Positions 36,520 through 46,986 of a DNA stretch of 64,000 nt are shown piece after piece. Origin of the DNA: Camelus ferus. Its lineage: Eukaryota. Within the stretch, counting starts at the first letter, position 1. Every line of letters begins with the position of its first letter. The position numbers were made by a program, and so were the translations under genes. Location: the NCBI RefSeq assembly GCF_009834535.1, contig NC_045706.1, positions 7,812,001 to 7,876,000 on the forward strand, read 5' to 3'. Under the pieces are notes generated by a model. The model had not been told where the DNA came from. It was given only the letters and a program-made list of their open reading frames with translations, and ran no database searches.

Positions 36520-37105
36520 CAGGGAGACATGAAATAGAAGGAAAAATCCTTGTGTAAGCAGCTCTGGGCAGGAAACTGCCCTCAGCAGGAAGCCCCTTGT
36601 CTTGTCACTTTAGCAAAGCTATAGGGTAACTAATCTTAAACCAGGCACCCCCATGCGCTACTCACCTCGGGTCCGAGCACACTTTTCACACAGTACTTTG
36701 CCTAACCTGTTGGTTCTTTCCATAGATCAGAGAAGTGAAAAAGAAGTAATTAACAGATGACCAGGTCTCTTCCCTGGCTTCCCCTTCAGTGGTCTCGCGG
36801 ACAAACCGGGCAGACAAGACAGCATTTAAAGAAAGATCTCGAGGAGTCGACAGTCCCACACATGGTGGGAGGTGGTGATGAGTCTGACCCCGTCTCAGTG
36901 GTTAACTTAGATTGCTTCCCCTTTTCCCTTTAAGAACTTTCTCGGCTGAGCAGCATCTTCAGAGTTGATTTGGGGGGGACATGAGTCCACCTTCTCCCCA
37001 GATTGCTGGCTTTCTAATTAACAGCAACTTTCCTTTCTATCAACACCTGCCCCTCAGGTACTGACTTCCGAGTGGCGAGCTGCCAGACCTGAGCTTAGTA
37101 GCTCT
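36520..37105 (+). mobile_element. Solo ERV1-class LTR
   Basis: The 3' half, ccaccttctccccagattgctggctttctaattaacagcaactttcctttcta...gagtggcgagctgccagacctgagcttagta, resembles R/U5 ends of laurasiatherian ERV1 LTRs. No internal gag/pol is adjacent. 5' boundary uncertain. Confidence 0.65.
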
Positions 37106-37139
37106 TACAGAGGGAAGCATAAAAGTTCAAAGCAATGAC

Positions 37140-37290
37140 GATGAAGGGGATGACAATGATGGTGAGAAAGAGGAGGATGACAACGACAACAGTGATTTCC
37201 AAAGCAGCTGCCATGCGCTGGGCACCAACTGCATGGCAAACGCACGCATCGCCTCATTTAATATTCACAACAAACCTGCAAGGTGGCTAG
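37140..37290 (-). mobile_element. MIR SINE
   Basis: gccatgcgctgggcacc...cctcatttaatattcacaacaaacctgcaaggt. Confidence 0.7.
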
Positions 37291-37299
37291 ATACAAACT

Positions 37300-37650
37300 C
37301 CCACACTGCCTTCAAAAGTCATTACCCCAATATCCCTTGCTCGGCGCCGTCTACCCCACCCACCCTGCTTACGTTACAGTATTTAATCCCCCATTCCCAG
37401 CCCTCCTCCACGTTCATAGACCCTTTAATTTGGTCTATTTTTCCACATCATCACATTTTTCACGTTATAACATATTGCATAATATCCTAATTCACTGATT
37501 CATTATATTTATTGCTGATGGTCTGTCTCTACAAGCTGCATGGGTTTTTGTCTGCTTTATTCACAGATGTCTCCCACATACGTAGAAGAGAGCCTGGTCA
37601 TGGTAAACCCTCAATAAATACTAGTTGAATAGGTGAATGAATGAACTTGG
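37300..37650 (+). mobile_element. L2 LINE 3' end
   Basis: ctacaagctgcatggg...gtctgctttattcacagatgtctccc...ctcaataaatactagttgaataggtgaatgaatga. Confidence 0.8.
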
Positions 37651-38193
37651 ATTCGTGTATTTGGAGGAGGGGGTGGTGTCTGGATTTCCCTGGACTTTAG
37701 ATTCCACAGCCTTGTGCTAAGAGCTTGGTGGCTTCCGTGCTTGACCCGCTCCTGACATGCTGGGGGCCCCACAGATGTCAATGCATTCACCCTCCTGTAT
37801 GACTGCACGACAGAGTCATAATTTCATTTTGTCTACTGTTTCAGCCTAGATTTTATTTCTTAATCAGGCACTCATTCATTCAGTCAGTTAAGAGTTTTTA
37901 AACTCTTCCAGTTCTGAGCACCGTCAGTGAGCCAGAACCCCCTCCAACTGTATCCCAGTTAGGCGCTGGGCACCCTAATCAGAGAGACTTGATCGGGGGG
38001 GGAATAGTGGCCAGTCCAGGATCATGCCTTTCCTTGGTGCTAACCTAGAGTCAAGACAGAAGAGAAGAAAGTGCAGGCATAGCAGGTGTGAGCCCAGGGC
38101 TCTGTGCAGTTAGAGCAGGACCCACGCCCGGCCCTGCCGCGGCCGCCCCCTTCGGTTCTCCTCCCCGAGCACCGGGGCGGCGGTGCAGGCAGG

Positions 38194-38212
38194 GCGCTGT
38201 CCCCTGGTGGAA
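38194..38212 (-). promoter_or_regulatory. Candidate CTCF site, reverse orientation, in a CpG-rich patch
   Basis: Reverse complement TTCCACCAGGGGACAGCGC; one mismatch to CCACCAGGGGGCAGC. Confidence 0.4.
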
Positions 38213-38989
38213 CACGCTGTCCCTTCTGGGCTGCTGGCGCTTAGCCCCCCGGAGGGACAGCCCGGGCTTTGGTGTGCCGCTGCCTCTTTCAGTGAAAACT
38301 TTCTTCGTCCTCACCTCTGACTCTCCCCTTCACTTTTTTTTTTTTTATTAGACACATGTAATTTATGGGCTGTGATATACTGCGCTTCAGAATTGATTTT
38401 TGTGTTCAACTGGTGGAAAGCATTTTTGGTGGACTGCTGCTGCTGGGTGAGACACTTTCTCCTTATTGATGTGTGCGTGGGGCTTTTGTCCCCACGTAGG
38501 GGGGCCCTCTGGCCAGGGTCACTCCCTGGTTCCCCGCAGCCAGAACCCTCAGCCAAAGACACCGGCAGCCTTTTGAACTAAAGAAAATATTAATTTAAGA
38601 CATTGTTTCAACACAAAATTACAAGAGCCTTCAGAACCTCTCGTTAATTTGATTCAGGGCTGAGTCGCCCATAATGTCTTGAGGGCTCGGATCGGCCAAC
38701 TTGTAAGAAGTTCGCTGCCGGTGAGCTAACAAAGAATTCCGCAAGGGTCCCCAGGCCTGCTGTTCCCCACACAACCATTTCCAGTTGATTTGCCTGGAAA
38801 ATCTGTTATTGAAGAAAGAAAAGCAAAAATAGCCCCTGTCTTATCTTTGGTGTCAACCCCAGCTGGGCAATTTCTGGGCCCATAATTTCTAAGACCAGGT
38901 GGTCTGCCAAACCTGAGTGCACTTAAGGGACTGAGGGAAAACTGGCCACTGTGACTTGGTGGAGGATATGGATCCTGGGGCCACTGTGC

Positions 38990-39180
38990 ACGGGACATTC
39001 CAATAGTGGCTTCCACTTATCCAGTGCCATGTGCCTCAGGAGACCTGTGGTCAAGGCGGTTCTGGTCCCATTTGACAGGTTAGAAAACTGAGGCCAAGGG
39101 TAAGTAACTTGCCCCAGGTCATTAGACAGGAAGAGCCATGGGGGAGACGAGAACCCAGGTCTTTCTGACCCTGAAGTACA
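38990..39180 (-). mobile_element. MIR SINE
   Basis: cccatttgacaggttagaaaactgaggccaagggtaagtaacttgccccaggtca. Confidence 0.8.
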
Positions 39181-39397
39181 CGTTGTCCACTGCACCAGGC
39201 TGCCTGCCTGCATTGGGATGTACTCTAATGCCAGGACGGCCCCACCCTTCCTTCCCAGACAAGTTCATACAACTCGGCAGAGCAAGAGTCTCAGAGAGAC
39301 TGCCCCTCTGGCCAGTGCTGGGCAGGTTTTAGCCATCACAGAATGCAGATCCAAAGCGTGGACTCACCTTCTAAAGAAGGTGGCTCCGTACGGAGGA

Positions 39398-40210
39398 CAA
39401 GTCGACGGACTCATTAGGCACAGAGCCCGTGACGATTTTTTAAGGGTCCACAAAAAATTTTTTATTCTCTTAAGATCTGAAGAAAGAAATGAATATAAAA
39501 TGATGTTCATAGCAGCACTATTTACAATAGCCGAGACATGGAGACAGCCTAAATGTCCATCAACGGATGACTGGATAAAGAAGATGTGGTATATTTATAC
39601 AATGGAATACTACTCAGCCATAAAAACTGACAACATAACGCCATTTGCAGCAACATGGATGCTCCTGGAGAATGTCATTCTAAGTGAAGTAAGCCAGAAA
39701 GAGAAAGAAAAATACCACATGAGATCGCTCATATGTGGAATTTAAAAAAAAAAAACACAAACAAAGCATAAATACAAAACAGAAATAGACTCATAGACAT
39801 AGAATACAAACTTGTGGTTGCCAAGGGGGCAGAGGGTGGGAAGGGATAGACTGGGATTTCAAAATTGTAGACTAGATAAATAAGATTATACTGTATAGCA
39901 CAGGGAACTATATACAAGATCTTATGGTAGCTCACAGAGAAAAAAATGCGACAATGAATATATATATGTTCATGTATAACTGAAACATTGTGCTCTACAC
40001 TGGAATTTGATACAACATTGTAAAATGATTATAAATCAATAAAAAATGTTAAAAAAAAGAATGATGGCTATATCTCAATGAATCTAGCCTGTATTATATT
40101 CATCTTCATATTGAGGCAGTTATAAAACAAAAATTTTATTATGTTTTTAGGGAGGAAAAGGTCCATGAAGGCCAAAGTGTTCAGGACCCCAAAATCATGG
40201 TGCGGCCCAG
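39398..40210. mobile_element. Ancient hAT-type MITE (family unassigned), split by a young L1
   Basis: Left part caagtcgac...cattaggcacagagcccgtg...aagggtccacaaaa and right part gaatctagcctgtattatattcatctt...aaaaggtccatgaaggccaaagtg...catggtgcggcccag join into one element when 39506-40066 is removed. Confidence 0.45.
39506..40059 (+). mobile_element. Young 5'-truncated L1 3' end (camelid-type)
   Basis: Uninterrupted ORF2 tail MFIAALFTIAETWRQPKCPSTDDWIKKMWYIYTMEYYSAIK...SEVSQKEKEKYHMRSLICGI, full 3'UTR, AATAAA and A-tail. TSD AATGATG at 39499-39505 and 40060-40066. Confidence 0.95.
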
Positions 40211-40609
40211 AGAGCAGGTAGGGCTGGGAGGGGGCTCTGCCTTGGGTGTCATGTGGAGGCTGTGTGACGGGGACACAGCAAGGGTCCAGTGGGTGGTTTG
40301 GAGTTTGGTCTCCTGCCTCCAAGGATGGCTATCCTTCCCCCAAAACATTTGTCCTCCCAGGATTTCCCTGGATCAGAGAGAGAGGCCCTAGGCCCCCAGA
40401 GAGCTGCACCATCTCTGTGCGGACTCTTAGGCATCCCTGCGATGCCCTGCCCACCCCCACGCCCACCTCGGCCCTGGCTTTCTCCTCTCCAACTGCACCC
40501 AGCAATGAGGTTCCCCCTGGGAGGGACAAGTTGAGACAACTGCCTCCAAAGAGGCCAGTCCTGGTCCTACACAAGCTACCCATCCCAACACGGGGCCAGG
40601 ATAGCAAGT

Positions 40610-40720
40610 GCATCATCTTAAACAGAGAACAGCATCTTCAACGTTATCTAGCCCAACCCCCTCATTTTACAGATGGGGAAACTGAGGTCCGGTGGGGCAG
40701 GGGGCTGAGCCAAGTGGAGT
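40610..40720 (-). mobile_element. MIR (MIR3/MIRc-like) SINE
   Basis: atctagcccaaccccctcattttacagatggggaaactgaggtcc. Confidence 0.85.
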
Positions 40721-41819
40721 TATCTATTCATCTCTGGAGTACTTTGCTTTTCCTATCCCTGCTTGAAGAGATTAGCTACGTCACACACGGATCTTTTGGT
40801 AACTGTCTCCTGGGCTCATCAGAAAGCCCCTTTGGCAAACAGAATAAAGTCCCTGCCTTTTATCTCCTGCCCATGCTCATGTTCTCCTGCCAGGCAGAGC
40901 TCTGAGCCCGGATGCTGGAGCTGGCGGTGGGGAACACGGGCTCCCAGGACACAACCAGGGACGATGCACTCTCTCCACAGGTGCCATTTATTTTCAAGCA
41001 TCCCTTCCATCCCTGCTGAGGGATGAAAACCACCGTGTCAACTGCCTTCTACTCAAGCCCCTCCGGAGGCCCGTTCGGTATTAACATCAAAGCCTTCTGC
41101 ATATTTATCATTCCTCCCTCGGCATTAGGTAAAGACATCTGACAGGCACACAAAAGCGCCATAGTTTCCACTTGGACTCTGAAAAGGCATCAGCAAGTTC
41201 AAACCCAAGTTAAAAATTCCCTCAAATAAGTATATTCTCTTTCCTGGGAACCTGGGCAGGATTATCACTTAGCATCCTCTCCAAAATCAATTTGCGTCCA
41301 CTTACCAGTCGCTTCTGGTATAAAATAAAGAAGCTTATGGTTCATCAATCGGGATTTAATAAATGGCACCCGCTGGCTCCAATGAGAACGTGTCTGGAGT
41401 GGAGGATGGGCTAAGAGACAATATCCTGTCTTTGGTCTTACTTTTTTATTTTCAAGAGCAATCATGTTTCCTCTTGGAAATATAATGGGAGCATATTAAA
41501 ATATAGATTCAAGCATGATCTGACAAAGGAAAAGAATTCAACCCTGGTTGTGCGCAAAGTACTTATGCTTTCTTTGAAAAGTTAAGAAAAGGACCGTAAT
41601 GGAACTTTGGGGAAAAAAAAGAAAATAAGTGTGCATTTGTTCATGAAAGAAACCTGAATAGAAATCATCTTCTGGGGTGAGTGATAAATTTCTTACTTCA
41701 TACTAAAACTTTAGGTCTTGATTATAGGGATTTGCATGGATGTGTTGACTTTGCCTCCAGGGAGATGCCAAGGAGGCCCGTGTCACTTGGGACTTTCCCT
41801 GCAGTGGGGACTCCGGTGC

Positions 41820-41833
41820 GCGCCCCCTAGCAG
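41820..41833 (-). promoter_or_regulatory. Candidate CTCF site, reverse orientation
   Basis: Reverse complement CTGCTAGGGGGCGC; one mismatch to CCASYAGRKGGCRS. Confidence 0.45.
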
Positions 41834-42539
41834 GTGGGACCCCTTGCAGGGCCTCCTCGACTTGGGATCTGAGCACTCACCCTCCCTGCTGTGGCCCCTA
41901 TTCTCTTGCTCATGGTGGGGCCCATGATTTCCAGTAGAGAGACAAAAACTGAGTTTTCCAGTAAGATGCTTGGGTTTCCAAAGAAAGCTGAGTTTGACTG
42001 TGGTCCAGCTGTAGACTTTGGGCTACGGTGGCTTCTCCAGTGATGCTATCACTGAGTGCAGTACCCCGTCACTTTAAAGATGAAGAAAAAAGGCCCAGAG
42101 CAGGGAAGGGACTGCCCAGCTCACCTCATTGGAGAGGGGATTCTCCCTCCACACCATCAGAGACCACCCACCCTGGATGAGCACCCACCTGGGCATCCCC
42201 TGAGCAGCTGGCTGTCTTACCTGCTAGAGATGGAGGAACAGTAGGCCTTGAAGGGGTGATCTGGCCAAAGCCATCAGATGAGTTGGCTGAGGAGCCGGAC
42301 TCAGGTTAATTTGTTTGAGTCCCTGTTGGGAGTTAACCCACTGTGCCCTGCTCCTGGGGAGGCCCTAACCACATGCTGGCATGAATGGAGAAGAGCTTAA
42401 CAAGGGAACCAGGGGAGCAGGCTGGGCTCAGGGGGCAGAGCGACCAAGGGTCCCACTGCCTGTGTCTCTTGCATTCATCCATGCCTGCGTGCAGCACATA
42501 TTAACTGAGCACTTGGTGTGCACCAGCTCATAACTGCAT

Positions 42540-42720
42540 AGCTTCTACTGTGTTTCAGCTGCTCTGAAAAGCACCTTGCACGCATTATTTCATTTAACCT
42601 TCACATCAAATCTGAGGTGGGTAATTTACTAGCCCATCTTACAGACAAAGAAACTGAGGCATGGCAGGCAAGTAGCAGTTGGATTTGGAACTTGGGCCTT
42701 CCTGAGGCAGAGCTGCTGTT
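42540..42720 (-). mobile_element. MIR SINE
   Basis: gcattatttcatttaaccttcacatcaaatctgaggtggg...cccatcttacagacaaagaaactgaggca. Confidence 0.85.
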
Positions 42721-42881
42721 CTTTCCACAGAGCCCCACGACCTGGGGACCCCGGCCTGGCCCAAGCTTCCTTGGGATTTTATCCCTAAACCTGGGCCTCT
42801 TTGGGCCTCAGATCATAGACTTTGTATGACTCCGAGGCCGAGGACAACTTCCCTGAGAACCAACATGCTCTCTCTGTCTGG

Positions 42882-42950
42882 CCAGGGCACCCAGGGCACC
42901 CAGGACCAGGGGGTACCCGGGGCCCCAGGACCAGGGGGTACCCGGGGCCC
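42882..42950. repeat. Tandem duplications: 9-mer x2 followed by a perfect 25-mer x2
   Basis: CCAGGGCAC x2 (42882-42899); CAGGACCAGGGGGTACCCGGGGCCC at 42901-42925 and 42926-42950. Confidence 0.95.
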
Positions 42951-43759
42951 CAGCACCACCCCCTTGGAAGGTTTTAGGAGTTGACACCTTTTCCAGGCAC
43001 ACAAATGACATCACTCTTTATCCTGAATTCAGGCCTCGGGATTTGTCAAACGAAAACCTCTGGCGACCTTCCTGATTTTGCCTGTGCCCCCCCCCCCACT
43101 TTGCTGGGCTCCCTTCTGCCTCTTTAAAATTCTCAATTACCAATAATTCCCTTTGTTGCACCTAAATGCGAACCACCATCTTAAATTATTAAATATAAGT
43201 GTTTCTGAAATATTTTATCTTGACATGTATCTCCGGAGTCAAATGACCCCAGGCAGTGTTCATAATTAATTTCATCAAAAGGGGAAAAAAAAAGGGCTGG
43301 CAAGGGACTCCCTGAATGACCTGTCCTGCAGAAATACAGCTGACACTTGGCTCGCTTCTCCACCTCTCCCCTTCCCAGGACTCGAGGGGGCAGGCCGCCT
43401 GTAGAGTGGCTCTGCTCTCAGGATCCCAGAATTTCAGGCCTTGGGGTGAGGGTGGGGTAGTGGGGGACACGTGGTCACTTTGGCCAAGTCCTCCTTTTTC
43501 TGGCTGAAGAAATAGGCCCAGAGAGGAGCAGAGACCTGCCCGAGGCGGCAGAGCGAGAGGACAGCAGAGCAGGGCATGCCGCCCGCCCCCAGCCGTCTCT
43601 CGCCCCTCTCTCTGGCTCGGCCTGGTTGGGCTCGGACTGTCCAGCCCACTCCCTCCTCCAAGGTGCCCTCCGGGATCAGATGGGTACAGTTAAAGGTGTG
43701 CGGGAAGCAAAATCGCTTCTTCGTGTTGACTCCCCTGAAACAAAGGGCTTTTTTGTCCC

Positions 43760-44260
43760 CCTCCCCCACCATGCTCAGAGAGAAAGAGAGATTAAGTTTG
43801 AGGAGTCACTTCCAATCAGAAAGCTACCATTTAATTACAATGCGCAGGAAATTACAGAGTGAATGGGCCGACGGGCGATAAGGGACTGCCCCGCAGGNNN
43901 NNNNNNNNNNNNNNNNNNNNNNNNNNNNNNNNNNNNNNNNNNNNNNNNNNNNNNNNNNNNNNNNNNNNNNNNNNNNNNNNNNNNNNNNNNNNNNNNNNNN
44001 NNNNNNNNNNNNNNNNNNNNNNNNNNNNNNNNNNNNNNNNNNNGCCATAAAACAGTGGCTGGCTTCATGGCGGGCGGGCTTGGTTTTCTGCTAATAACTG
44101 TGCTGTCAGTTTAATGAGGGCAGGGAGCGGCCCCTGTTTTGCCTGCCTGACAGACAAATTGCCCTCTTACAGGGAATGATCCCTAGAATTTAAGAGAAGA
44201 AAAGAAATACTGCATTGTTTGGTGACAGCCGCAATCGCAGGCTTGTCTCGGAAACTTTGC
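43760..44260. promoter_or_regulatory. Candidate developmental enhancer (TALE/HOX/SOX motif cluster) around N-run 43898-44043
   Basis: CCATAAAA 44045-44052; TGACAG/CTGTCA at 44103, 44148 and 44223; TTAATGA 44111; CATTGTT 44213; TTTAATTA and GATAAG left of the N-run. Repeat-free. Confidence 0.45.
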
Positions 44261-46299
44261 ATCAATTCTTCCCTACAAGAAAGGGGGGTTGGTGCTTTGG
44301 GCAGCTAAATAAATACTTTATGAATTCCTGACTGATCCCTTCATCAGACGGTCCCTGGTTAACCCCCAGCCTGGCCGGAATCTGCAGGTTGACGTTTAGA
44401 TTTAGAGTTTTAAGAAGTAGGAGATCCTCAGGGGATGGATTTTGGTAAGGATGACAAATCCCCGTGCCAAGGGTTCCTTGACTGTTTGCTCTCTGTGCAG
44501 AATGATGGTTTTCTTCCCTCCCCAGGGTGATGACACAGGCCCCGAGAGGGTTTCTGAGTTTAAGTCTTTCCCAGCAGGAGCCTGAGCACTGTGGGGTTCC
44601 GAGGGCCCCTAGGTGGACCCAGAGGCCCAGCCGCCATCTTTGCTCTCTGGGCGGTGTTAGCAGCTTCATCTGCTGGGCCTGCACCGTCACCGGTCAAAGC
44701 TGGCTGGGGAGACCTTGCCTGACTTCACAGAAGCCCACCTGCCCAGGCGAGTGGAGGCAGGTGGGCCCAGGCCACGCTGAGGACAGGGAGCTGTAGGAAG
44801 CCCACATCTTGGCCAGAAGGGGCAGTGATCTCAGGGTGGCCCCCCTCGTACCTACAGAACTGAGGTCAGGCTCTGAGGCATGGTAGAGCCCCACCGTGAG
44901 CAGGGTAGTGGCCCAAACAGTGGGCTTCCTGGAGAAGGCAGCACCTCAGGAGCAAGTTAACAGAGGGAGGTGCCCTTCGAGAAGCCCAGCCCAGAGGACC
45001 TGCTCCCATCGTCCATCTCTCGTCTGCCGGGTGCTGGGCAGGCATATGGGAGAGAGAGCCAGTCCCCACGGAGACCCAGGCCCCGGGAGGGGGAGGCCAG
45101 ACCTGCTCTGGGAGGTGCTTCCAGAGAGGTGCCACTGAGTCCTCGGGGAGGGGAGCATCACCCTCAGGTCTTGTTCTAAACTTTCTGCTGCAGCTCCTGA
45201 GGGTCAGGCCTCATGGGGGACCCAGGCCTCTGACACAGTGTGACCCAGCCTCCAGCTTTCCCTGCTCTCTGCTCCACGGGCCTCACACGCCAGCCCGTCC
45301 TGCGCTTCCTTCTTAGCTGCCTTTGGCCACTCGGCGCCTTGCCTTCTCTCTCAGCAACCCCAGCCCTGCCCCTCCCCTCACACAGTCCCCCAGTCTCCCC
45401 TTTCCTCTGGGCTCTTCACCCCTGGAGGAAATAGCAACTGTCCTAAAGAGCAGGAAAAGCATCACAGGCTTTTTTCAGAGGCCAGGGTGAGGGGACTTAA
45501 AAGCCGGAGGTACCACACCCAGGCCTCTCCTCAAAGTCCAGAGGCTTCCAGAAAGCCCTGGCTCCCCTCCCCAGCAGCTTGGCCTCTCCCTGCCCTTCAG
45601 GATCGGGCCTCTGGTCCTGTTCAGCCGCTGACCAGCCTCGTGTCCAGACCTGACCTGAACCTTCAGAGCTGCTGTCTCAATATGGAGCGGCTGCGTCCCC
45701 AAGCGTGTGTCCATCCCCTTGGCTTCCTCCGGCAGAGCAGACACTTTCCCTGATAGCCGCCTGGGAAGGCCGTGCTTGTGGGTCTGGAGGCCACTGGCTG
45801 AGCCACTCATTTTGGGAAGAGAAGTCAAATAAATCTTATCTCTGGGGGTGAAAAGTAGTCTGAAAACAAACAAACAAACAAGCAAACAGCTTTACCCGGT
45901 GGCCGGGGTCTGGAGTCCGAATCCCCCTGAGCTGCCCCAGCTGGCTGGGCTGGGTAGGAGCCCTGAGCTGCTGTTCCCACTGGCCTGAGACAGTTTATCT
46001 TCTTTGTGTTTTGAGAAGGCATCCCTCCACCATTTCCTGTGGCCCAAGCAGGAGAAGCAGACAAGGATCTGCACGATAAATCAACGAATTAAGCCGTCAC
46101 ATCAATACCTTTCTTCTCTCTTTCAGTATTCCTCTGACTCTGGAGTCCAGCAATAGTTAATTACTCAACTAGTTGGGGCTGGCTTTTCAGAGTTCCCCAC
46201 CCTGACACTGCTGGGTAAGGTGCAGACATGACCCATCTTTCCCCTGGCTCCTGGATCCTGGCTCCTGGCTCCTGGTGCAGGGAGCTCTCTCCCCTCATT

Positions 46300-46930
46300 T
46301 GGGACGGTTTTCAGCTGCAAAGATTGCTTAATCTCTTTACCTGCTGCCATGGCTTAGAGCAGCCCCAATTCTTAATGTGCCGTGTTGGGTTTAATGCCAG
46401 AGCACCATAGATTTCTCACTGCATTAACTTTACAGCGCCATCCCCTCTAAAACCGAGCCAAATGGGCAGGCCTTGTCTGTTTTATGGAAGCCCAGTCACT
46501 GTACAAGAAAAACTGGCTGCTTAAAAGATAGTTAAACATCATATAAATTATCCACACCTCTCCCACTAAAGGCCCTCTGAGAATGCATTGCTGCGTGCCC
46601 CCCGTCCCCTCTCAGACCCACTCCTTCCGTGACCACTGACTTGTGTCTGATGGCAGAGCAGGAAGGACGCCTCCCCTGCCCCAGCCTGTGCTCCGCCTAG
46701 CCCAGCAAGTTCTTGCAAAAAAAAATCTTCCTGTCAATTGATGCGTGTTATGGGTCTAAAATTGACGCTGCAAAAGTAAAGCATTCATGCATTATGCATT
46801 GATTAGACACGACTAAATCCTTCAATGTTACAATTTGAATCCAATATGGCATCCTTCTTTGGAACACTTCAAACACCTCAGACAGGGGGAACACACACAC
46901 ACACAATGAATTCAAAGGTGATTTACCTCT
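46300..46930. promoter_or_regulatory. Candidate developmental enhancer (PBX-HOX/MEIS/TCF motifs)
   Basis: TTTTATGG 46480-46487; CTGTCAATTGAT 46731-46742; TTCAAAG 46911-46917 abutting TGATTTAC 46919-46926; several TAAT cores. Confidence 0.4.
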
Positions 46931-46986
46931 TTAACGTGATGTTATGTGTTAGCATATCCCTGAACTTGACCCAACCTGCAGCAGTG

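Noticed and set aside
40246-40905. 219-aa ORF
   Set aside because: Low-complexity GC-rich chance ORF that runs through a MIR core; no domain similarity recognised.
42901-42950. Repeat-spacer array (CRISPR-like) or collagen-like coding repeat
   Set aside because: Only two adjacent units without spacers, in mammalian DNA; the peptide repeat is a by-product.
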